27,712 bases of DNA, taken from assembly GCA_016839585.1 (NCBI GenBank), contig JAEOTZ010000007.1:1-27712 (forward strand), given 5' to 3'. The position numbers and the translations under genes were made by a program. Under the pieces are notes generated by a model. The model was not told the DNA's origin. It did not search any database and worked only from the letters and a program-made list of their open reading frames with translations. Of this stretch, positions 18,807 to 27,584 are shown one piece after another. Origin of the DNA: Promethearchaeota archaeon. Its GTDB lineage: Archaea; Asgardarchaeota; Lokiarchaeia; Sigyniarchaeales; SOKP01. Within the stretch, counting starts at the first letter, position 1. Every line of letters starts with the position of its first letter.

Positions 18807-19685
18807 TTATTCTGCTAATTTCTCCTTAATTTGTACAACCAAGTTTTCAGCTTCTTCAGAATCAGTTATGAATTCAATTTCATTGGGAATTGTTATTCCT
18901 AAGCTTAATTCTACTGCTCTTTTAATTTGTTCTTGCTCAAAAATTGATCCATTGGTTACTTCTGGAGTTGTCCCCCGAATTCGTAAGAGAGCAACTCCAA
19001 CAGCATCAATTGCTACTTTATCTGTACCAGCAACAAAGACATTTGCTTCTTCTCTAGTACCGTGCATTGGTCCACCATCAACAAAAGTAATAACGCCATC
19101 CATGATAATCAAATCAGGTTTAAAAACGCTATTAATTTCTGCAATCATTTTCCTTTGATGCCTTGAAGAGTGCAATTCATCCATATATTCTCGAGGTACT
19201 AATCCAACTGCGTTTTTTAACGATAATGTAAAGTGACCCCCATACATATGAGTCTTTAAACAACAGGTTTCAACAATACATTCTGCATCATCATAAATTT
19301 TGGCAAATAGGAATCCTTCTTTCCAATGGCAATCTTTGGGTTTTTTGAGGACAAACTCTTCTTTAGGGACATCTGATAAATTAACTATCTTAAAATCTAA
19401 TTCTTGTGCTAATGTAAATAATCCTTTTTCCTCAAATACTTCAGCAGTATTAGCTGGACCACTTCGCTCCGCAACTGTGATAGATTTTGCACCCATTTCA
19501 TTCAGCTTGATGATAAGCTGCCTTATTGTTTCCATTTAGCTTGAAGCAGGAGGAGGATCAGCAGTATTGAAATTTGGTTTCAAAATTACATTTTTATCCT
19601 TAACAGGATTGATACCTAATAACTCTAATGACTTATTTACATCATAAACTCGATCTTTTGTAGAAGTAACTGCTACTTTGGTCAT
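18807..19685 (-). pseudogene. DUF362 family protein interrupted by an in-frame TAA
   Basis: ILKPNFNTAD N-terminal part and AERSG, CLKTH, FTLSLKNAVG, PDLIIMDG, DKVAIDAVG C-terminal part are in one frame, separated only by TAA at 19538-19536. Confidence 0.75.
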
Positions 19686-20047
19686 ATTATACACATTATA
19701 GTAGATAGTAAATTGCATTTATAAAATTAAAATTTGTCTTTTTAAAATAATAAAAAAATATGCATTTAACGTTAAAAGAAAAAGATTTTCAATTTTTATT
19801 GCTTAAAAATAAAGATAAATCAGGTCAATCCATTCTTTTAATTAAGAATTTCATTAACTTAAAGATAATTAAAAATATTAACAAGAATACTACTTGATAC
19901 ATTACGAATCTACTAACATTGCTTAACTAAATAGGGTTTAGTAAACGTATACGCATTAATAAATGCCAAGCATCAGATCCCACTTCAAAAGGTCCTTGTA
20001 TCCAATAATATATTTCATTAACAATATACAAAAAGAAAAACCACAAT

Positions 20048-20893
20048 TTAGAGATTTCCCTGGGTAACATAGATAATAAAAAAAATGCCTGAACACATAA
20101 CAGGAATAAAAAGAAAACCAAATGTAGGGAAAAACGCTATAGGTGAATAATTAAATCCTACTACAATCGCGACTGCTGCAATAAGATCAATTAGAGTAAC
20201 TACTATAAAAAACCCTATTATTTTATATCCATATGTTTTAATTCCTGATCTTTTTAATTCGTTAACTTGTTCATCTGGAACTTCATGTTTCTTTCCTAAG
20301 TCAAATCGCTTTAGGTTTCTTAGATTTTCAAGACCTTTAACTTCAGTAATATTATTATTAGCAAGATATAAAGCATTTAATTTAGATAAATTTTCTAATC
20401 CTTTAATCTCACTAATTTGATTCCCATAAAGATCTAACCTTTTTAAATTAGTAAGAGTCTCTAACCCTTTAATCTCACTAATTTGATTCCCATAAAGATC
20501 TAACCTTTTTAAATTAGTAAGAGTCTCTAACCCTCTAATTTCGGTAATTTGATTATCAAATAAAAGTAATTCTTGTAACTTAGTAAGAGTTTCTAATCCT
20601 TTAATTTCGGTAATTTGATTACCGCGAAAAAATAACCTTTGTAAATTAGTAAGAGTCCCTAACCCTTTAATCTCAGATATACTATTATTTGAGAGAGCTA
20701 AATGTCTCAAGTCTTTGAGATTTTCAAGTCCTTTAATCTCGGTAATATTATTATTTGAGAGATCTAAATATATCAAGGTCTTGAGATTTTCAAGCCCCCC
20801 AATCTCGGAGATATCAATAATTCCTTTATTTTTTAAAGATAATCTATTATTTTTAACTTGATACCTTTTATCTTTATAAGTAACGTACACCAT
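20048..20893 (-). CDS. SDS22-like LRR protein with C-terminal 2-TM anchor
   Basis: ~8 LRRs (NQITEIKGLETLTNLKRLDL); no signal peptide; two C-terminal hydrophobic helices. Confidence 0.88.
   Translation of the reverse strand: MVYVTYKDKRYQVKNNRLSLKNKGIIDISEIGGLENLKTLIYLDLSNNNITEIKGLENLKDLRHLALSNNSISEIKGLGTLTNLQRLFFRGNQITEIKGLETLTKLQELLLFDNQITEIRGLETLTNLKRLDLYGNQISEIKGLETLTNLKRLDLYGNQISEIKGLENLSKLNALYLANNNITEVKGLENLRNLKRFDLGKKHEVPDEQVNELKRSGIKTYGYKIIGFFIVVTLIDLIAAVAIVVGFNYSPIAFFPTFGFLFIPVMCSGIFFIIYVTQGNL
20400..20534. repeat. Perfect 66-bp tandem duplication (one LRR unit)
   Basis: 20400-20465 identical to 20466-20531. Confidence 0.9.
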
Positions 20894-20979
20894 TTAGTTC
20901 CTTTAATTTTATGATTTCAATTAATTAAAGTTAAACCGATCTAATATATAATTTTTTTCCAAAAATGTAATAAAATTAA

Positions 20980-21255
20980 TTAAATATTAAAATTAAACCT
21001 GATACAATAAGAGCTAATCTAGAAGAAAAAATTATAAAAAAATTAGGTATCAAAGCAGATATTTGTGACAATTTTGGTCCAGTCTTTGATTTCACAAAAG
21101 ATAGAAAAGATACTAACGCTCCAGATAGATTGTCATTAAAAATAATATCTAAAAAAACTGGACTTGTATTCAATAGGAAAGGATATAATGATTTTCATGA
21201 CTGGGATCTAATTCAGGATTTTGCATTAAAAGTTACTGAAATGATAAATCCTTAA
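20980..21255 (+). pseudogene. C-terminal remnant of a flavodoxin-fold (HemG-like) protein
   Basis: Open 91-codon frame with no upstream start: ...GIKADICDNFGPVFDF...GYNDFHDWDLIQDFALKV; resembles the HemG-like FGG..D and DxRDWDxIxxFA motifs. Confidence 0.55.
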
Positions 21256-21500
21256 TAAAAATCTGCTGGATCGTTAAAATTTTGCCTTAATTGTGACTTT
21301 AAAAGTTTTTAAGAAGATTAGAAGGTGAAAGTTTTTTTTTCCTTTAAATTAATGATAGCTCATCAAATAAAAAGGAAAATTTGTTAACCAAATTTTATTA
21401 TGTGTAAATATTATAAATATTTTTTAATTCTGAAAGGAGAATATTATAAAGATTCCATTAATTAGAAATAATATATTAATGAATAGCAAAGAGTTATTAA

Positions 21501-21662
21501 ATGAAAGTAGAGGAAATAGGACTTTTTAGGAAATTACAGGAACATCTTGATAAATTACTCGTTGGTTTTCCCTCTACAAAATTTTATGTTGAATTAGAAT
21601 TATTGCAATATCTAATTACTCCAAAGCAGGTAAGAATTGCTATTAAACTTAGTTTTACATAA
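21501..21662 (+). pseudogene. N-terminal remnant of a 4Fe-4S dicluster-containing protein family
   Basis: MKVEEIGLFRKLQEHLDKLLVGFPSTKFYVELELLQYLITPKQVRIAIKLSFT*; resembles the YRxLQxHLDxxPxGFP...VExxLLxxLFTPEEA N-terminus but stops after 53 aa. Confidence 0.5.
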
Positions 21663-21706
21663 TAAGTTTATCCAAATAAACGATATAATCTTTTTAGTGA
21701 TTAAAA

Positions 21707-22120
21707 ATTAATATCATAGCAACAAGAAAAGAGGAAATAAGTAAAACTGCGATTGATGTATTTAGTTTTTGTCATCTATTTTTTGGATTCATTTTATATT
21801 TAATTACGAATTCTATTATTATTACAATCTTCGGAATAGCACTTCATCTTATTTGTTTAGGGTGTATTCTATTTTATAGTATATTTTGGGAAATACTTGA
21901 GAATTATTTCTTTATAAAAATAAACCTTAAATTTGGAAGAAGAAGAGATAGCATAATAAATTCTTTTGTGGATACTTGTTTTTTTCTTCTTGGTGGGGTC
22001 ATCTCGATGTTCAATTTAAATTTTAGATTTACCTATTCCTTAATGACCACTCTGATCTTTTTAAATGGACTAGCTATAATATTATTTGTATATGCTAAAA
22101 AAATATTAAAAATAATATAA
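21707..22120 (+). CDS. Membrane protein with DUF2585-like metal-binding motifs; non-canonical (ATT) or lost start; not in ORF track
   Basis: Intact frame 21701-22120: IDVFSFCHLFFG...FWEILEN...RRDSIINSFVD, 4 TM; AGTGA SD-like sequence 6 nt before ATT. Confidence 0.6.
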   Translation: MNIIATRKEEISKTAIDVFSFCHLFFGFILYLITNSIIITIFGIALHLICLGCILFYSIFWEILENYFFIKINLKFGRRRDSIINSFVDTCFFLLGGVISMFNLNFRFTYSLMTTLIFLNGLAIILFVYAKKILKII

Positions 22121-22146
22121 GAAATAAAAGGAAAAAAAAGAATTAG

Positions 22147-22488
22147 TTAATAACTGGAACCTATAGCAACTAGAAGAGGAGTAAAAATCAGTAAAGGAAC
22201 ATAAAGTGCTCCGACAAGTGTCCAATATGCAGCAATATCTCCTTTTAATCCAGCACAAATTGCCCACGATATAAAAAGATCAAAAAAAAATACTCCAATA
22301 AAATATGCAATTACTTTGTAAAGAGTAAACATACCACTTCCTTTTATTATTATCTTACCTTTTTTCTTTGGAGTACTGACAAAGGTAGGAGGGAGGGTGG
22401 TTTCCACTTGCCTTACTGGTTGTCCACAATTCGTACAAAACTTTGCTCCTTCCTTTAAAACAAATCCACAATTACTACAATTTGTCAA
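22147..22488 (-). CDS. Zinc-ribbon protein with C-terminal 2-TM anchor
   Basis: CSNCG...AKFCTNCG; Pro/Lys linker; two TM helices similar to those of the LRR protein at 20048. Confidence 0.82.
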   Translation of the reverse strand: MTNCSNCGFVLKEGAKFCTNCGQPVRQVETTLPPTFVSTPKKKGKIIIKGSGMFTLYKVIAYFIGVFFFDLFISWAICAGLKGDIAAYWTLVGALYVPLLIFTPLLVAIGSSY

Positions 22489-22605
22489 CTTTACATCACA
22501 TTAACATATAGACTTCTATGTTTATGTATTTAGTTAAGGTTATATTTAAGATTTTATATGAAAGATAAAAAGAGAATAAAAAAGCAAAGTGAATTTTTTT
22601 TTAAT

Positions 22606-22812
22606 CTATTTAGTTTCTAATATAAATGTATAGCCTTCATTTTTTACAATAACCAAGACACCTTCTTTTCTAAACTTATGTATTAGTTCTTTTATCTTAT
22701 AGGAAGGAATTCCGTAGTTTTCTGCGATAATTTCAATCATAAATTTAGGGAATTTCCTATAAGTTGTAGCTAAATAGTGAAGAACTTCTATAAATTTATC
22801 TGAGTAATCCAC
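22606..22812 (-). CDS. Small putative winged-helix protein (68 aa)
   Basis: IAENYGIPSYKIKELIHKFRKEGVLVIVKNEGYTF HTH-plus-wing pattern; GGTGA SD upstream of GTG. Confidence 0.6.
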   Translation of the reverse strand: MDYSDKFIEVLHYLATTYRKFPKFMIEIIAENYGIPSYKIKELIHKFRKEGVLVIVKNEGYTFILETK

Positions 22813-23035
22813 CTTTTTTTCACCACTTTAAACAATTTATTAAATTAATTAAAGAAGATATCAAACCTATATAAACAAAAAATGGGAAATTCCTATACCA
22901 GAAGTAACAAAAAAATTCACGCATATATATATTTGTCAAAGAAAATTAGAATTTCCCAATTTTCCTTTATTTTGTAAAAAATATAAAAATGAAAAGTGGT
23001 TCCATGGTGTTGATGTTCAATGATCAGAGATTTTA

Positions 23036-23857
23036 CTATTCTGATTGCATGAATTTTTCTATATCATTGACGGTTTCTCGTGGTTTCTCCCAATGAAGAC
23101 CATGTCCCACATCCGGGTATAATTTAAAGGTCGATTTGGAAATTCGGTTTTTTAGGGTTTTTTGTTCTTCCTGTGTAAAGAAATCATCATGATCACCCCA
23201 AACAATCAGGGTTGGTACATTAATTTTTTGCAATTGATCTTTGTGATCTACTTTACTCAGTCCAGCTAATGCTTCCTGCCATACATGTGCAGGAACTTTC
23301 ATACTTTCCGAAACTATCTTCTCCAAAAATTCATTGGGTACAGGGTTTAGTAGAGTGCTCGATTGAAACTCATATACAAATGTTTTATCAATGGGGTCTT
23401 CTAAGGTACCAACAATCTTCTGAAACTCCGAAATGCCCTGATTATTTGTCGCGGAAGGAGCAGATCCGATAAGAACGAGCCTTTTAACCCGATCAGGATA
23501 GTCAATGGCCACTCTCTGAGCAACAAAACTCCCCATTGAATGCCCTACGATACTAGCTTTTTCAATACCGAGCTCATTCATAAAGGCTTTTACATCTGCT
23601 GCAAAATCACTTATGTTATAATGATCTGGTTTTTCTGATTCACCATGACCTCGTTGACTCAGAGAGTAGGTGTGACACTCCGTAGATAATAAGGATAATA
23701 TAGTACTAAACGAATACCATGAATCGGTATATCCATGCAGGAAGATGATAACTTCACCATCCATTTTACCTCTTTCCGCATAATGTAATCTCACACCAGT
23801 TTCTAATTGTACCATGTTGAATTTGATTTCATCTGCCGAGTTAGTAATATTTGGCAT
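23036..23857 (-). CDS. Alpha/beta hydrolase
   Basis: FLHGY oxyanion motif, RGHGES, GHSMG nucleophile, WGDHD acid, GHGLHWE His. Confidence 0.92.
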   Translation of the reverse strand: MPNITNSADEIKFNMVQLETGVRLHYAERGKMDGEVIIFLHGYTDSWYSFSTILSLLSTECHTYSLSQRGHGESEKPDHYNISDFAADVKAFMNELGIEKASIVGHSMGSFVAQRVAIDYPDRVKRLVLIGSAPSATNNQGISEFQKIVGTLEDPIDKTFVYEFQSSTLLNPVPNEFLEKIVSESMKVPAHVWQEALAGLSKVDHKDQLQKINVPTLIVWGDHDDFFTQEEQKTLKNRISKSTFKLYPDVGHGLHWEKPRETVNDIEKFMQSE

Positions 23858-24315
23858 ATTTTTCTTAAGTTATTTTTAAATTTAAATACTTTTTAAAAAT
23901 AAAATAAATTATTACGACATAAAAAATCTATGATTTACCCTCAATGACTTAAAGTTTTAATAACCCCTTAATAGGGTTATTTAAATATGGTTTAATCAAA
24001 ACATATATTGTTCATACCTAACGGTGTGAATATCGAGAAGTAGTATTATTATCAATGTATTAATACCGAAAGGTAGTCAGCAACGATATGAAAAAAGATT
24101 GTGTGTAAAAAACACAATTTGAATTAAAATATAGGTCGTCAGGTTTGTATCCGGTATTCAACCCGGTCAATTCGTAAGAATTGATGAGATTATCGACGAT
24201 AATACCTTTTATAGAATAAGAAATTATTCTATGGAAGATGGTTTTTTTCACGACACTGCTCGACTTAATATATTGAAAAAATCTATATAAGCAATTGTAT
24301 GGAAAATAATACTAA

Positions 24316-24345
24316 TGCAATGAAAACCTTCGGGCGTTCATTGCA
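24316..24345 (+). other. Isolated hairpin with cUUCGg tetraloop
   Basis: TGCAATGAA-AA-CC-TTCG-GG-CG-TTCATTGCA. Confidence 0.5.
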
Positions 24346-24532
24346 GCTTCTTGATCCTTTTAACTTTTACTATCTAAATATTATAGTTTCAGTTTTATTA
24401 TTTCTCTAGTTCTTTTAAAAAAATTGAATAACCATTGGTAGAGTCTTCTCTGTAAAAATTAATTATATATATAATGTTAAGAATAATAATAAAAGCAATT
24501 AATGAAAAATCAAAATGGTGTGATTGTCATAT

Positions 24533-24766
24533 ATGACATTATGTTATATTTTTATGAAAATTCGAGCAGGTTTTATTGAAAATGTAATTAATAGGTTAAA
24601 TGAAATGCCAGAAGTAAAAGAAGCTCATGCAGTTACGGGAGGTATTGATATTATTGCAAAAGTAGAAGGAGAAGATTTTCCGATTATTTCAAAGGTAATT
24701 TTATCAAAAATCCATAACATCGATGGTGTTGAGAGAACTTCGACTCATCTTGTAGCAGCACTATAG
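24533..24766 (+). CDS. Stand-alone Lrp/AsnC ligand-binding (RAM) domain protein
   Basis: PEVKEAHAVTGGIDIIAKV...IHNIDGVERTST; no HTH. Confidence 0.88.
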   Translation: MTLCYIFMKIRAGFIENVINRLNEMPEVKEAHAVTGGIDIIAKVEGEDFPIISKVILSKIHNIDGVERTSTHLVAAL

Positions 24767-24864
24767 AAAAGGATTATTAAGAGAAATTAAACATAGTTAA
24801 AGTTTATAATCATAGATTACTTAGTTTTACTATATTGTAATTTTTAAGAATAGCGAGTTTCGAT

Positions 24865-25458
24865 ATGCAATTATATACTGTGTATGAAAATGGAGCTTTA
24901 AGGAAAGTCGAAAAGATTAACTTCAGTGAAAATAGAGTTTTTCTAATTGATGATATTAAAAATATATATTTGTGGTTTGGTTCAAAAACTTCTAAAAAGA
25001 AAAGAGAATATGCTGTTAATAGGGCTAATATTTTAAATGCAAAAAGGAAAGAGATTGCAAAGATTCAGACTATAATCCAAGGTAAGGAATTTGGAGCTTT
25101 TCTTGCCATGATCGATATTTTAAAAAAAGGTATAGAGCAAGATCTTCAAAAAGAGAGACGTCATGAATTAGAGTTTGATATAGAAGATACAATGGAGCTT
25201 ATTGAATCAGGTTTAAACCCTGATTTTGAAGCTGAAGTTGCGCTCGCAGCATATAGTCTATCTCAAGAGAAAAGAACTTATGAAGATTTATGCAGAACCC
25301 TAGCTAAGATCCAATTAAAATTTATAAAAGGCAGAAAAAACCTTACAGTAGCAGAAATTAATAAAAAATCAAAAGAGATTTTTAAATCATCATCTACTTA
25401 TGAGGAACTGTGTTGGTTGATTGCTGAATTAAATTTAATGAGCAAAAAAGTCCTTTAG
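24865..25458 (+). CDS. Gelsolin-domain protein with helical C-terminal domain (1DGelX-like)
   Basis: FSENRVFLIDD...IYLWFGSKTS...A...QGKEFGAF gelsolin signature; C-terminal repeat TYEDLCRTLA / TYEELCWLIAE. Confidence 0.75.
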   Translation: MQLYTVYENGALRKVEKINFSENRVFLIDDIKNIYLWFGSKTSKKKREYAVNRANILNAKRKEIAKIQTIIQGKEFGAFLAMIDILKKGIEQDLQKERRHELEFDIEDTMELIESGLNPDFEAEVALAAYSLSQEKRTYEDLCRTLAKIQLKFIKGRKNLTVAEINKKSKEIFKSSSTYEELCWLIAELNLMSKKVL

Positions 25459-25707
25459 TGTTAAAATTCTCAATATCAATAATTATCAAAATAAATAATC
25501 CAATCGACCATTTTTAATTTGTTTTTTAATTATGGTAATTTTGATTTTTTTCACTTTAGGTTATCCTTTCTGGATTTTTTACTAAATATTCGACTATCCT
25601 TTATAATAATGCATATTTCCTTGAAAAATTTTAATTGAATATCTATTCAAATAACAAAAAGTAAATTTTTTATAGTATTGAAAGAGATAAAATATAAGTT
25701 GATAAAA

Positions 25708-25929
25708 ATGAGTTCAGAAATACTAGAACCTAATGATTTAAGAAAAGGTAAATTAAGAAAAATTGTAATTATAATTAGTGCTATCGCCTTGATAACATTG
25801 ATTGCGACAATCGCAGTGCTTTCAATTTCTCTAAATAAAACTGCAGACGATGGAAACGGAGGACCTAGTTGACTTTGTTTCAATTTTTTATCTCTGATTT
25901 TCAATATATCAATGCTTTATTTCATGTAA
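25708..25929 (+). CDS. Candidate small membrane selenoprotein (73 aa, TGA 25870-25872 read as Sec55, U-x-C); 54 aa if TGA is a stop
   Basis: MSSEILEPNDLRKGKLRK-TM-NKTADDGNGGPS(U)LCFNFLSLIFNISMLYFM*; SECIS-like hairpin 25 nt after the TAA. Confidence 0.6.
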
Positions 25930-25954
25930 TATTAATAAGTAAAAATTCAATTTA

Positions 25955-26004
25955 GCTAGAATGGATGAATCTTGCGAGAAAATATTAGTCGCAAGATGAC
26001 TAGC
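25955..26004 (+). promoter_or_regulatory. Eukaryote-type (AUGA_AA_GA) SECIS-like element
   Basis: GCUAG-AAUGG-AUGA-A-UCUUGCGA-GAAAAUAUUAG-UCGCAAGA-U-GA-CUAGC. Confidence 0.72.
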
Positions 26005-26054
26005 CTTGCAAAGGTTCTAGCGTCATTGTTTAATTTAGTCTTTAAATTAGAGAA

Positions 26055-26984
26055 TTAATAATACGACCAATAAATCTGTTCATTATATGTTGATTTTTTA
26101 ATTATGTTTTTTGATTCAAGTTTTTTTAATCGATAGATTATATCTTCTTTTTTAAAATTATTAGAAGAAAAAGTGTTTATAATTTGATTTTGTCTCATAG
26201 GGTGCCTCTTTATTATATTTAGCAATTCTTTTTCAAAATCTTGAGAATAGAGATAAAAATTTCCCATCTCAGGAAGACTTATATCAGAATATGAACCAAA
26301 TATTTCATCTAATAATACAAAAATACTTTTATCTGGTATTTTAACCCATTTTTCAAGAGGAGGTCTAAGTGGAATGTTAATATCTATTTTATCTGGTTTA
26401 ATTAAATCTATTTTCTCCTTAATTTTTAAGAGCTCTTTTTTAGAATCGTTGATTGCTTTCATTATCATAATTTCAATCCAGAACTTACCCTTAAATAGGC
26501 TTCTAAAATCTATGAAACCTTGTATTACAGACTCAAAGTCTATATCTGGATGAGGTCTGTTTATTTTTATAAAGGATCTTTCATCCCCTGCATCTAAACT
26601 AGGTAAAACAATATCACTTAATAATAAAGCTTTTATAACTTCTTCTTTGTACAATAAAGCCCCATTTGTTATTACGCAGATCGGTTTATTTGAAAATGTT
26701 TTTGCTTTTAAAATTAATTCTTCTAAATCTTTATACAAAGTGGGTTCACCACTTCCTACAAATGTGATATAGTCAAAGTTATCTTTGTTTTGTTTAATCG
26801 CTTCTTCTATTTCAACAATAATTTCATCTTTTGGATAATAATTTCTGCGTTCATTAGTAAAATTAGTTGTTTTTCCTAATTGACAATAGATACATTGATA
26901 ATTACAAGTCTTTAAAGGGAGAGGATCAATTCCTAATGATCTTCCTAATCTTCTACTAGGAACTGGACCATATACGTATTTCAT
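26055..26984 (-). CDS. Radical SAM protein (COG0731-like, wyosine/MiaB-related)
   Basis: YGPVPSRRLGRSLG N-terminus, CNYQCIYC, GSGEPTLY, ITNG, PSLDAG, INRPH. Confidence 0.9.
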   Translation of the reverse strand: MKYVYGPVPSRRLGRSLGIDPLPLKTCNYQCIYCQLGKTTNFTNERRNYYPKDEIIVEIEEAIKQNKDNFDYITFVGSGEPTLYKDLEELILKAKTFSNKPICVITNGALLYKEEVIKALLLSDIVLPSLDAGDERSFIKINRPHPDIDFESVIQGFIDFRSLFKGKFWIEIMIMKAINDSKKELLKIKEKIDLIKPDKIDINIPLRPPLEKWVKIPDKSIFVLLDEIFGSYSDISLPEMGNFYLYSQDFEKELLNIIKRHPMRQNQIINTFSSNNFKKEDIIYRLKKLESKNIIKKSTYNEQIYWSYY

Positions 26985-27015
26985 TTTTTTAATTTTTATA
27001 TTACTTAATTAGTTA

Positions 27016-27453
27016 TTAAATCTCCTTTTTATACTTTTGAATTAACTGATTTAAAGTTCTCAAAGCTAGCTCTGTGCAATGCTTATGATCTTCTGGTAAT
27101 CCTTTCAAAGCCTTATCAATATCGTCTGGTTTTAAGTTTTCTACATAATTTAAAGGCTTACCTTCAATAAGAACTGTAGTTTGGCTTGCTGTTGCTATAG
27201 AAGCACCACATCCATCTGTAATAAAATTTGCTTTCTCGATTAGATTATTATTTATTTTCAAAAAGAATTTCATTGTATCACCACATGGACCTTTATAAGA
27301 ATGGGATATTGTTATTTCATCTTCTTTAGGTTTACCCCAATTTTTTGGAGAATGAATTAAATCAATAATATATTGATTATATTCTTTAATTTCTTCTTCT
27401 TTTATCTCTTTTTTATAGTTAGTAATAGAGTTATTATTTTTTTCTTTAGACAT
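27016..27453 (-). CDS. IscU/NifU N-terminal-like Fe-S scaffold protein
   Basis: PKNWG, GPCGD, TDGCGASIA, LPEDHKHC (three conserved Cys). Confidence 0.88.
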   Translation of the reverse strand: MSKEKNNNSITNYKKEIKEEEIKEYNQYIIDLIHSPKNWGKPKEDEITISHSYKGPCGDTMKFFLKINNNLIEKANFITDGCGASIATASQTTVLIEGKPLNYVENLKPDDIDKALKGLPEDHKHCTELALRTLNQLIQKYKKEI

Positions 27454-27584
27454 TGAAAACCTCTTATCTAGGTGGTTTTTTAATACATGAGCTATTTGGT
27501 TATGAATAATTATTCATTAAATTTAAATCTTTAAATTCATTAAAAACATATATATAAAGAATAATAAAGAGGTTGAAATATAAT

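Noticed and set aside
19536-19538. Recoded stop (Sec/Pyl) in DUF362
   Set aside because: The codon is TAA
15929-19539. + strand ORFs within the LRR, DUF285, membrane and DUF362 genes
   Set aside because: Antisense shadows
19927-20121. 64-aa minus-strand ORF
   Set aside because: Overlaps the LRR gene end in another frame; may be a remnant but nothing recognisable
20976-21173. 65-aa minus-strand ORF
   Set aside because: The opposite strand carries the flavodoxin-like remnant
22748-22893. Match to the NF-kB consensus GGGRNWYYCC
   Set aside because: Coincidental; no Rel-family protein in the window
23269-24251. ORFs 23269-23472 and 24060-24251
   Set aside because: Antisense shadow, and a short ORF with no motif or SD
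24316-24345. UUCG hairpin as a second SECIS
   Set aside because: AUGAA is Watson-Crick paired, there is no 3' GA core and no associated UGA gene
25647-25904. 85-aa minus-strand ORF
   Set aside because: Shadow of the + strand membrane ORF
26055-26984. Radical SAM protein as the GRE activase or a maturase for the Sec peptide
   Set aside because: COG0731-type N-terminus, no activase or SPASM motifs; sits with the IscU-like/NifX genes
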